Program-made: the position numbers and the translations under genes
Source of the DNA: Rhizaria sp. SCN 62-66
Lineage: Eukaryota
DNA length: 20,000 nt
Reading direction: 5' to 3'
Assembly: GCA_001724265.1 (NCBI GenBank)
Contig: MEDY01000018.1
Location: forward strand, 121,138 to 141,137
The notes under the pieces: model-generated
The model's database searches: none
The model's input: the letters and a program-made list of their open reading frames with translations, nothing else
Told to the model about the DNA's origin: nothing
In this document: one piece after another, positions 1 through 10,768 of the stretch
Layout of the letters: each line of letters starts with the position of its first letter
Numbering within the stretch: position 1 is the first letter of the stretch

Positions 1-838
1 GCGTCGAGAAGGTCCGTCTCTGCCCCTCCCCACCACTGTCCCTCTCTGTACATATCTCCCTCATAACACGCTCAATATCACGTACCTTTTATTTTCTTGT
101 GAGTCGCTACTATAGGTTGGCAAGGACGAGTTCGGCAATGAGTACGAGTTGTATTCGTTCAAGGGCGAGGCCAAGCCGCGTCGCCAAGTCAACTACGCCA
201 GCACTGTCCCGGATCCGTCAACCCTGCCGCCGCTCTGGTCCGCCTGGCTGCGCAACCTGCGGCCGTATCCACCCACTGAGGCCGAGATCACGCAGTACAA
301 GGCGCGGCAGGCGGCGCTGGCGCAGCGCGTGCGCGCGCTCGAGCGGGAGGACGCGCTGATGAAGGAGCAGGAGATGGAGCTCAAGCTGCAGCGTACGTTT
401 GATAGAAACAACTATTTACCCACGAAGATGTTGATATTTTACTATAAGACTTCAATAAGATTTTAGTTATTGTATTATCTCATTGGCATACTCTTTTGTC
501 CTATCTGTGTTTGTTTCGTTCTTATATATGCAGACTTCCGCGAAGGCATGCCGACGATCGGACAGGCCTACACCAACAACAACAACAACAACAACAACAA
601 CGCGTCGCGCGCAGACTACACTGGCTACAGCCCCGCCAAGGGCAAGGGCATGGAGCCCATGACGCCCGAGGACATCCTCGCCCGCGTCAACGCCGCGCGG
701 CAGGCGGAGGCGGAGGCGGAGGCCGCGGCTAAGGCAGCGCGTACTAGTTCTACTCCAGCTCCTGCTAGTGCTGCTGCGAATACTACCGCTGGCGCTGGTG
801 CTGGCGCTGACGGCCAGTCTGGTGAGCGTAAAGAGTGA
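1..838 (+). CDS. NDUFAF2: NDUFA12-family complex I protein, most like assembly factor NDUFAF2 (mimitin); 5'-truncated by the window. Exons <1-11, 116-392, 534-838
   Basis: Spliced translation ...VEK|VGKDEFGNEYELYSFKGEAKPRRQVNY...LPPLWSAWLRNLRPYPPTEAEI matches the family pattern VGxDxxGNxY...RR...PxxWxxWL...RxxPPTxxE, followed by a charged helical tail as in NDUFAF2. Introns 12-115 (GTCCGT..TATAG) and 393-533 (GTACGT..TGCAG) keep frame. Stop is TGA 836-838. NDUFAF2 versus NDUFA12 is my judgement. Confidence 0.75.
575..601 (+). repeat. (AAC)9 microsatellite encoding poly-Asn
   Basis: Nine perfect AAC units inside the last exon of the NDUFAF2-like gene. Confidence 0.95.
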
Positions 839-1594
839 GTTCCAAGCGTTACACTATTGATGTGAGCTCTCTTGTGGCGACTTTTAACGAGCTGATCACT
901 AAAACAAAGAGTTTGAGTCGCAGGTGACTTGAAGGAAACGAATTGAAAAGTTCAACTTAAAGAACCTAAATCTTCTCTCCGTATTATATTGTTCGATGGC
1001 CACGGATTTTGCGTAATACAAAGTAACATAGCTGCAACTTTCTAAAAACCTATTCCTCTGTTTTCTGCTTGGCGACTGTGAGCATCGAGCTCTTTGCGTC
1101 TGCCACGGTGGCAACAACAAACTCCTTGGACACGAAAATAAAACCACAGAATTCTTTAACAAAGAAATCGTCAACTGATTTTTTGTCGGGTGCAAATTTT
1201 ATCCGAAATAAGTATCTTGCGGACTATATTGGTTATATCTTCATCACACAGTATCCTGAAGTGATTCAAGTCGTTGAAGTTTGGATACCACAACAGCAAA
1301 TTCCGGTAAAACTTCAAGTCGCAACTTGCTCTAATCCGACTAGATTAACGGCGGCAGTTTGTTATGCAATACCAGACTTACTCATATGCAAAATGCCACT
1401 GTTTTACACGCATCGCCCCACAGACAAGTCCTCAACAAGTCCCTGCAACTTCGTCTCTTCGAAGTGCACCCTTCCACAGACCGCATCAGCTCTGTGTATC
1501 TCGCTTACTCGCGGCAAACCAATAAATCTACGCTACACGCAGTAGCCTGTAGGTTTGTCCTTGGTTTCTGCGTGCGTTTTCTCTGTACCCGTGC

Positions 1595-2551
1595 ATGTTT
1601 GGCCGCATCTGCTGCCTTCCCCGCCTCGTCTACCGCACCATCGTTCTGCTCATCGCCGTCATCATCATTCTCGTCGTCCTCGCGCACTTCAGGATCGTCA
1701 ACTTAGGCAAGCTTACCCCGTCTAGTGGCACTACCGCGGCTGTTATCGGCGTTATTGAGGACATTCCTGTTATCGGCAACTTGATCTCGACGACTGGCGA
1801 CAGCAGCAAAGACAACTCAACCAGCAGTAGCAACGCTAGCTCCGCGACTGAGAACAGCAGCAGCAGCAGCAGCGGCAGCGGCAGCAGTATCAACAGCAGT
1901 AGCAGCAGCAACAGCGGCAATAACGCAAGCGGCAGTAGCGGCAATACCACTAACTCAAACTCTAACCTTGTTGCGTTAATCAACTCACTGCTTGCACCGG
2001 GCGCGACTAGTAGCGCAGCTTCAGCAGCAACAACACCTGCCGACAGTAACGCGAGCTCTAGTACTACCACAAGTAGCGGCAGCAGCAGCGCAGCAGCACC
2101 CCCTGTCACAGCACCTGAATTGACGTCTCTGTTTCCGCTGCCGTCCCTGTTACCGACCGTCACTGTCCCAAGCAGCACGAGCTCAAGCACGAGCTCGAGC
2201 AGTAACACAGAGGCTCCGAGTGCTCCACCTTCGACAAGTAGCACAAGCCCAAACGCTGGCTCTAGCTCCGGCTCCAGTAGCAGTACAAGCTCAAGCTTAA
2301 GCGGTACTGTGCTGCCTAGCTTGCCCGTCCCGCGCCTCCCGTTTCTTCCCTTTGGCGTCAGCTCGACTCCCGCCTGCAGGAGCAGTAGCGCGCAGTTCTG
2401 TCACAGCGGGCTCGGTAGCTTTGGCGCTCGCGCTCATATCTTTAGCGCAGTCAGCACGCTTAGCTACGTCGACTTGAGAATTCTTGCTCGGGACTCTGAG
2501 GAGGCGCTAACAAAAGCAGAGCGCGTGCAATCACTCTTCATTGCGGCGTAA
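1595..2551 (+). CDS. Hypothetical protein (318 aa) with an N-terminal signal-anchor/TM helix and a Ser/Thr/Pro-rich mucin-like region
   Basis: ATG start at the AT-to-GC composition shift; hydrophobic stretch IVLLIAVIIILVVLAHF preceded by basic residues; long AGC-rich Ser tracts; TAA stop. No family recognised. Confidence 0.7.
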   Translation: MFGRICCLPRLVYRTIVLLIAVIIILVVLAHFRIVNLGKLTPSSGTTAAVIGVIEDIPVIGNLISTTGDSSKDNSTSSSNASSATENSSSSSSGSGSSINSSSSSNSGNNASGSSGNTTNSNSNLVALINSLLAPGATSSAASAATTPADSNASSSTTTSSGSSSAAAPPVTAPELTSLFPLPSLLPTVTVPSSTSSSTSSSSNTEAPSAPPSTSSTSPNAGSSSGSSSSTSSSLSGTVLPSLPVPRLPFLPFGVSSTPACRSSSAQFCHSGLGSFGARAHIFSAVSTLSYVDLRILARDSEEALTKAERVQSLFIAA

Positions 2552-2592
2552 GCGTCTCGCTCTAAGTGTCAACTCAGTTGAGAATCGTAACG

Positions 2593-5500
2593 ATGAGCCA
2601 GAACTCCAGTAACAAGTCCAACAAAGGCACTAATACTGGTAACGTCGCAAATACCAGCGCAGGCGCGCGGGGTAGCTCGAACAACAGCGGCGATGGCAGC
2701 GCTGTCAATGGCACTAGTCGGAACACTGGTGATGAACAGCAAGTGAAGCTGTGTGAGAACCTTGCTCACAGTCACGCTGCCCACTGTCACTCAGGCAACG
2801 ACGGCGGCCAGAGTCAAGGAGGGCCAAAGTTGCCACCGCCGTTACCGCCGCAGTACTTACAGGCTATGAGTAGCACTGAAGTTAAGCCGCGTGCCTTCTG
2901 CTTTCCCAGCACTTTGGCCGCGCAAGGGAACAGCAGCCAGAACAGCGCCGACGCAAGCGTGAATGGTCTCGGCGCTGCGTCTGCTGGCGCTGCTGCAGCA
3001 ACGTCACCGCCAGTTAGCAGTCTGACCATTGCGGCCAATACCGGCGCTGGTAACGCAAGCCGGCAAGTGAACGTACACGCAACTCCTGCAGTCAGGTTCC
3101 GTCCGGCTAACGCCAAGAACGGGACTAGTTCGAACGGCAACGCTGCCAATGGCTCAACAACAGCAGCACCTGTAACAGACAGCGGCGCCAACGGTGTGTT
3201 GCACTCTGGTTTTGTTCCCTTGCTTGCTGAAGCAACAATCTACGGTCCGTCGACGAGCTTTCCGCCGCTGGCACAGACCGCGAGTGCTGTGTCGATGACG
3301 CAGAGCAGCGCGGTTGCACCACTAGCTATGGGAACTGAGAAGCTCATTGGTCCGTACCCCTTAGTCGCCGAGGTACTTACGCGGTCTAAGTGGGAACACG
3401 CGAGCAACGCTGGCAACGACAAAAACAGTGAGCAAATGACTGTAAGCAGTCGTGACAGCGGCAACCTTCATCATGTAACAAGCACAGCTTCGAGCAGTGC
3501 GAGTTTAAGTGTCAGTGTTGGAGGCAGCACTAATGTAGGCGCTGGCGTTATTACCGCTGCGGAGTGTGCGTGCTTTGAGCGGTCCGGCGCTGCCTCCATG
3601 TCCGTGGCGTTGGCCCTTATTAACAACCTCAACGTCAACGATGCCATCTTGAACAGCGTGGGCACACAGGGCAACGCTGAGAGTGGGCCGAGTGTGAGCG
3701 CGGCGACAAGGCTTGCGACACAAGGCTACGATGGGTTTCAAGCTGCAGCGTTATCATTGGCCCCACAGCTTAACTTCGTGAACGCACCTCTTGCACAACA
3801 GCAAGCGTTTGTGATGCAACAGCAGCGCAACTTGACTGTTAACACGCCAACTGCTTGGCAATTTGTCGCGCCACAAGCAGGTTCTACAGTATATCCGACG
3901 GACTATGCTGCTCGGTACGCCGGCCTTTTACACCCTATTCATGTACTGTACTTCAAATTAAACTCGCTTAATGAAGAAACAATGCCAGCGCGCTTGAAAC
4001 TTTAGCTCACAACTGGTATCATGCTTTTGTACATTTTTGCAGATACTATGGGTACTCTGCAATCCCGTCTTTAGCGCCCACTGCGTTTGCTCCGATACAC
4101 TTGAGTGTTTACAATCCGGCCCGGTACAACGCGCTTGTGACGTACTTGCACCACGCGCGTCACGCACACATACGGGGACATAAGGGCGGCTACACGCTAA
4201 CGCATCCTAACTTTAGCAACGGCAACGACGGCAGCCTGTTCTCAAGTGCGTCTGCCACAAGCCACAGCGCAGGCAACAGCAGCCAAGCATATGCTAGTAA
4301 AGTTGTTATGAGTGATAGCAGCGATCTTGACAATGCAGCGCGCGGCCACCAGAAAGTAGTGCAGAACAAGAAGCAGCAACTCCGCGGCGATCCAAGCGCA
4401 AGTTCTATTGGCAATCTCAAGCTCGCACGTGTTCGTAATACTGCTGGCTCCAATGGGCAAGACTACAAAGAGGCGCTCTACGACAGCCATTGCAGCGCAG
4501 CTGTAATCAACCGCAAGCACGGAGCAGTTGCTTCAGCCAGTTCAACGGCAGCGACCTGTGCAGCAACTGAGAATAGTGCCTGCGACCTAGCGCCGCTGCT
4601 AAAGAGCAGTATTGCCGAAGCTGTTGCTGACGCTGTTGCCCCGTTGGCTATTCCAGTCGCTCCTGAGCTTGACCTGTTTACGCTGCTCGACTATCTCTAC
4701 GATGGTCCACAGGTATGTGAGAAATTGACTGAGTTTTATTGATATATCACCAATTGACTCTTTAAATTGTGTGCTTTTTGATTCCATAAGAGAATCTGGC
4801 TTTATTTTGCAAGATGTACGGACGTACACTTTAAAAAACTCTCATGCGTACTCTGGACTTTTGTTTTGTTTGTGGTAACTTTAACAGCTAATGGACAAGC
4901 AACATCCAGCACCCACCGCTGCAGATCAAAGCGAAGCAGACAAATTGTCGTCGTCTCTGCTTTACGGCGAAGTGTTCTATCCCGGAGTGCGCCTGCTGCT
5001 TGATCAATTTCACTTGAACGCTGGAAACGCGACGACTATGTACGATCTTGGAATGGGCTGCGGTCGGCTCCTCATGCAAGTACGTCTTCTCTCTGAATGC
5101 ATTTGCACAAATCTCAAAATTAATACTGTGTCATATGCTGTTGCGCTAGGGCCGATCTCAGATGTTTTCAGTTATTTCTCTTTGCTGTATCTTTTTCTTG
5201 TTTAGGCTTTTGTTGAGTACCCAACGCTGTCACGCGTCGTCGGTGTCGAGCTTGCTTACTCACGGTTTCTCACCGCGGTCGACGCCGCCGCCGCCCTTGG
5301 CAAGATGCAAGGATGGCCTGTTGTTGCTTCCGTGACAGACGAGCGTACCTTCAATGTGTTGCGCACAGTTACAAATAGCGTTATTTCTGCGTCTAATCGC
5401 TGTTTAAACGCAAGTGGCATGAACAGTGATAGCCAACACGACAGAACCGAGATTAAGGCTAGTGCTGGAGCGGAAAGTAAGACTAGCACCAATAGTAAAT

Positions 5501-8500
5501 CTAAACGCACAGTGATCGCAAAAACTGCAACGAGTAACAGCGCGGCCGCGGCCAGCCAAAACTCCCACCGTCGCAGCCCTTGCATCGACATAAGTAGTCT
5601 CAACACCGAGTGCCCGTGCGCTGCCCCACTCTTCATTGCTCCTCTCTCAACCACCAGCAATAAAACAGATGCAAGTGCTCACACTCTTGCGAGTAGCACC
5701 CGGCACATTCCGTACCCACGCGGCAGCAATGTAAGCGGTCTGCCCGCGAGTGTTAGTACATTTGGCAGCGTTCCAGGACTAATGTTCCCCGTTGTGGACG
5801 GCGAGTACACGCATCATAGCACTGCGTACAGGCTGGCTAAGGCTCGCGCTGTAACTGCAGTGAGCGTTACGCTGCCGGATAACGCCGTCAATGTAGCGAC
5901 TAGAATTGCGAGCACTGGCAGCTGCAGCAACGGCGAAAACTCAAACAGTTGTGACAGCCAGAATTACAACGCCAGTGTAAGTGACGAAGACAATGAGAGT
6001 GATCAAAAATCAACACAAGCAACAAAGCCAGCTCATCAGCACTCGGAACAGCAACAGCAGCAACACTAGCTCCCTAAGGCTTCTGCTATCGCTCGATCTC
6101 TTGCATCACCGTCACCTGTGCAACGCAACGCTCTCTTGGGTGATCTCGCAAAGCAAGGCTTCTTTGACTTGTCTTTGCTACCAACGCAATTGCTAGGCTC
6201 ATTGGGATCTGTCACTCTGTTGTCTCCCTGCGCAGAGCATTTCTCGGTGATGTTTGCACCTGATAATGCGAGTACACGCGACGATGACTGTGTGGGTGGC
6301 CCTGCCGACTTGGAAGCCAAGACTAATGGTGATAACTTCAATGCAAATGCAAGTGAGAATGACCACCGTACTCGCGTTACAAAAGTGTGCTTGAGCGTTG
6401 ACAGCGTCGGTGGTGCAACCGAGTGCTGCTGTCCGCAGTCAGTGCGCTCGCAGTGGCGTGCAAACAGCGTGCAGCGCCCGCAGTCTGTGCTGTGCGACTG
6501 CAGCAACACGCAGCAAGAGCCATCCAGGCGCAGTCAACCGCAGCAGCAACATCACTAGCAACCGCGCAACTGTGCATGTTTTTGCTGCTACATGCATAGC
6601 AAAAAAATGACTGATACCGATGCCGGCTGCGAAAACAGGCATGTTAATGCACATGATCACTTGGACCTACGCGCGTTTAATCCCACATCTCCTTTGCACC
6701 CACAGCCCTCGCATAATCACGGCGTAATTCGCAATTTCACACGCAGCGACAAGCAGGCAGCGCCAGCTGTTGATGCGCAACTTAAAATTCCGCTCGCAGT
6801 CACCAATCGCGGCTCAACTGCATTGCACAATATCTCTATTCCAATTTCCGTCAGCAGCCATATGTCTCAGCTAGTCACACTTGCGGAAACCGCAGACGAG
6901 CTCGGCGTTGACGTCAAATCTGCATTCACTTCGTTCTTGCCACTACATGAGCACCAACAGCAGCGATGTCAGCAGCGGACGCCGCAATCAGGGCATCACG
7001 GTGCACCTATGTCCGATCGCCCTTCTGACACTTGTGACACGAGCTGTGATATGACTGATGTTGATCGCGGCGCAGCAGCAGGTGTTTCAGGCGGCACTCG
7101 TTCAAAGCAAGCGCAGCTGCAACAACAGCTGCAACAGCAACGTAAGAGTAGCAATGTTCATAAGCACGTCTACTTTAATACGAGTAACGCTTGCAACACG
7201 GATATTCCGATTGTTGAGTCTCACACGAGCTCCATTGCGACTTCAAACGCTGTTAATATCAATACTGGCTCCAGCGGGACCTCTCCCAGCATTGTTGCGC
7301 AGGCAAAGGCAGAGGCCTGGGCGGACCTCGCTCATGTTAAGCTTGGACAGCGTCACCGTCGCTATGGAGATAACGCCACGCAGATTTCAATGCTGACACA
7401 GCTTCTGCTATCTTCTCCAACAGCAACCTCAAGCACTATCAGTCATGCTAACAGCGCCAATACAAGTGCCAAGACTGGTGTTGGCGATTGTGGCAGCGAC
7501 AGTGAAAATGTCACTAAAAACTCCGCTGCGCCAGGTTGGCAGTGCGATCAAAGTACGCCTCCAGGCCTTAACTTCAGCGATACCCACCGGTTCCCGCGCC
7601 CGCCGCCTTGCTTTGTTCCCGGTTGCCGCAATACCTGTCGCATTTTGCACTTGCGCCGCGGCAGTATGTTTGAGGCAACTGACGCTGCGCATAGTGATAT
7701 TGCAGTTATTGAGGTTAAAATTCGCCCTGCACTCTACCATCGACTGCGGTCGTTTCTTCGCTGTCTCAAGCCCGGCACCAGGATTCTCACTTACGAGGAC
7801 CTCAGTGATATTTTCACTGGCTGCGTTCATGAGAGCGACCGTGAGAACGAAGAAAACCAAGTCAGGGCGTATGCGGTTAAGCTCTATCTAAACCACTTGC
7901 ACCGGCTGAAGGAGGCGCTTACTTCTGGTATGGGTGGATTTGTAATTGACTCAGCCTACAGTGGCGCTCCCATGGCGAATACTCTTAGCTTAAGCAAGGA
8001 GACGTACGAGAAGACCCTTGAAGCCGCTCTTAGTACCCTTCTTTATTATCAGCAAGGATCTGCTAAGACTCACACCAACGCTCACTTTGATCGCAGTCAT
8101 TCACGGGCTGTTCGCAATCAGTCTGCGTTTGCTGCGGCCATGTGGTTGCGTCGCGCGCTGGGTCAATCTTTGTATCTCGCGAATCGTCGTTTTCACAGCA
8201 ACATTGCAGCAAACACGCTTCAATCTCAGGCAAATTACATCGGCATTAAAAGCAGCGCCATTACTGACGGTGCTATTATTGTGTGCCGCTGGGCTGCGCT
8301 AGCCCCGCTTTTACATCTTCATTCGCTTGTGCGTTTGCCTTCACTATCACTCGAGTTGCTTTCACATCAACAACAACAACACCAACAAGCGCTGCAGCAA
8401 AGACAGCTCCACCAAACGCAAAATCAACAACGCTTTTTAGCAAAGAAACAACAGCAAGTGATCGGTCTTAGGCAGCAACAACCGCAGTTACAGCATCGCA

Positions 8501-9645
8501 ATCTTAACAGCTGTGCTTGTGCCACTTTGCTGAACAGCAATGAGACCAGTTCGAGTCGAATTATTAATGGTAATGTGACTAACATGGCGGTTAGGGCCTC
8601 TAGCACAAAGCATACCAATACTGATCTCGTTGCCGACAAGCAGCAGTGCGTATGTGCATGTTTCTCTGCAACTACAACTCTTGCCGACTTTAGTGCTCCG
8701 TCGCGATCAGCAGACGCAGCTAATGCGTTGAATCAAACTACCGTTCCTAGTACTGGTTCCGCTGTTTATTCTGACGGCTACAGTCGGTTAGATGCTGGTA
8801 AGCACTCGTCCGCTTACGGTCAATACTTTACCATGGCAAACAGCAGTAGTAGTGACGACCAAAGTCAGAGTAGCGATCACGACTGCGCAGACAGCCGCAA
8901 CTGCAACAGTGGCTCTGGTACAAGTACTGAGTATGAGGGCGACTGCGAGCGTGCTGAGCACGAAGGTCTCCATAGCGACGAGAGCCGAGATCACGGAGAC
9001 ACCAGCGAAAGTAACACTCACAGTGAGCTTCACAGTGATTGTGAACATTTGCATCAACACAAACGTCGTGGCAAGCAACGTTCAATGACAGGCTTAAGCT
9101 CAACCTGCAGCACTTCGCGTGCTGGAAGTACTTGTTGTGCGACAAGTTCAACCGCAAGCAACGTCGTTGATAAAGGTGAATATTCCGCCTTGATGCTAAC
9201 ACCCCATATAATCAATCGCATGCCGTCACTGCAACGCGAAGAAGAACATCAACAACAGCGATCACTGCTGCAGAGCCACAGTCAGGCACAAGGGCAAATG
9301 CAGGAGCATGAGCAGCAATTGCAGCATCCGTTCTCGCATCAGCAATCTGCGCCAGTCTTCTCACTCTGCCCCAGTCCGTTTCTTGCTCCAACAGAACACG
9401 TGCGCAACATGCAGAGCGATGCGGCTAAACTTCCCACCATGCCAGGCTCGTGCTGTCTGCGCGGTGTGTCATCACCAGCAACACTGCCGCCGCCGTGCAG
9501 CCGCGGTTGTGAGCGCAATGTGCACTTCCCCCAGCCATGTGTGCGACTGCCTGCTAACCAAGGCAACGCAAATGATAGGGTGAGTACAAGTTGGGCGCAG
9601 TTTATTGGGCATAGGTTCCATTTATATGTCATGAAAGACGAGTGA
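2593..9645 (+). CDS. Large (~2207 aa) DOT1-like class I SAM-dependent methyltransferase with long low-complexity insertions and two in-frame TAG codons. Exons 2593-3914, 4043-4712, 4888-5079, 5206-9645
   Basis: Introns 3915-4042 (GTACGC..TGCAG), 4713-4887 (GTATGT..AACAG) and 5080-5205 (GTACGT..TTTAG) join four ORFs in frame (6624 nt in total). Splicing gives LLYGEV...MYDLGMGCGRLLMQ|AFVEYPTLSRVVGVELAYSRF (YGE, motif I DLGxGxG, GVEL). Further on come LRRGSMF...DIAVIE...LRCLKPGTRILTYEDL (~7640-7803) and VSTSW...FHLY at the C-terminus, as in DOT1-type folds. The last exon is open except for TAG at 6067-6069 and 6556-6558. Stop is TGA. The start codon is less certain. Confidence 0.75.
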
Positions 9646-9772
9646 ATTTCATTTTAAAAACTAAATTGAGACAATACAACAGCTTACGAACAAAAGACGT
9701 ATCATCAAATCAAATTCGACAATTTATCACATTACTAGTATGCGATGCATACGGCCATCTGTGCTCAAGTGT

Positions 9773-9806
9773 TGCAGCTGGGACCAGGTGCAGCTGGGAC
9801 CAGGTG
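9773..9806. repeat. 16-bp perfect tandem duplication (TGCAGCTGGGACCAGG)x2
   Basis: Copies at 9773-9788 and 9789-9804, followed by TG. Confidence 0.9.
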
Positions 9807-10064
9807 GAACTCTGCTTTCAACACAACAGTCAGGAATAGAAATCCCAGCTTTCAAACCACTTTTCTTCAACACAAAAACCCCGTTGGTTTGAAAGCCGGG
9901 ATTCCTATTACTGACTCAACGACAATATCAATTTGCATGTGCTCGTAGTAAATCTTGCGAGAGACCTTACAAAGGAGTAAGAAACCACATAAGCTTACGA
10001 TTAATGGCAATTGACATGAACATGCTGACCACTAGTGACACGGGAAAGTAATCATTTTACTTAG

Positions 10065-10600
10065 ACACCACAGTCGCAGCTCACGCACACTCAGCGGAAA
10101 TCAGTATGTGCCCTGCGGTTTTGCACACAAGCACTTGGTGTGCTGTTGCGGATACCTCTCCGCTGTTCCCGCCACTTGTAGTGTGCGAGGCAATGCGACT
10201 CATGATTGAGTTAGGGGATACGAGCCCTGACTCAGCCGTACTGGCTGAAGGTGTTGAACCGCGCAACGTGTTCCTTTCAGATTTCTTTGCATCGGGCGGT
10301 AGAGAGGCTCTCGAGAAATTGATTCGACGTAAAGTAACGTTCGACCATGTGATGAGGCTCTACAAGCTTGTGGTATCCATTGTGGGCGGCGGTTTTAAGT
10401 TGTAGAAGGCCATCAATCTGCGGCGGCGCCGCATCATGGCTCGTGGCATGAACAGCAATAACGATGACGACACGCAAGCTCGAGAGATCAAGCCTAAGAC
10501 AAAAAAAATCACGCTAAACGTATCTCTCGAACATTATGATAAACCAAGCAAAATGAATCTATGTATCGAAACATACAAGGACTAGCGAAACCATATTTAA
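10065..10600. other. Coding-like island of uncertain strand (orphan exon, small gene or gene remnant)
   Basis: GC-richer than its flanks. The plus frame 10106-10405 ends at TAG but stays open to TAG 10583 and TAA 10598-10600. A minus frame starts at a strong acceptor (T-run..GTCTTAG, exon start 10493) and runs to TGA at 10081 with one internal TAG (10362-10360). No family recognised. Confidence 0.3.
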
Positions 10601-10768
10601 CAAGAATTAAGGAAGGGAATCCGTAATTTTAATTGTTGCTTTTGTAACGTGGAAAGTATCATATCCACTTATGGAATAAAAAATCTGACAAGAAATGTGA
10701 AATGAATATCTTGTTAGCTATACGTTTTTAAGCTGAAATTAACAGAACTAAGATATAATACAGTGCAC

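Noticed and set aside
899-1545. ORFs 1069-1545 (+) and 899-1195 (-)
   Set aside because: AT-rich intergenic composition, non-ATG or weak starts, none of the codon bias of the real exons, and no recognisable motif.
2548-2582. Mini-intron from GTAAGC at 2548 fusing the membrane protein to the methyltransferase
   Set aside because: The good acceptor (CAG 2577) leads straight to TGA. The only in-frame join needs a GAG acceptor and a 35-nt intron, far shorter than the others.
464-5205. TAG ends of listed ORFs at 464-466, 4003-4005 and 5203-5205 as evidence that TAG is a stop
   Set aside because: All lie within predicted introns (the last is the acceptor itself), so they say nothing about the code.
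9773-9806. CRISPR-like direct repeats
   Set aside because: Only two abutting copies with no spacer, in a eukaryotic context.
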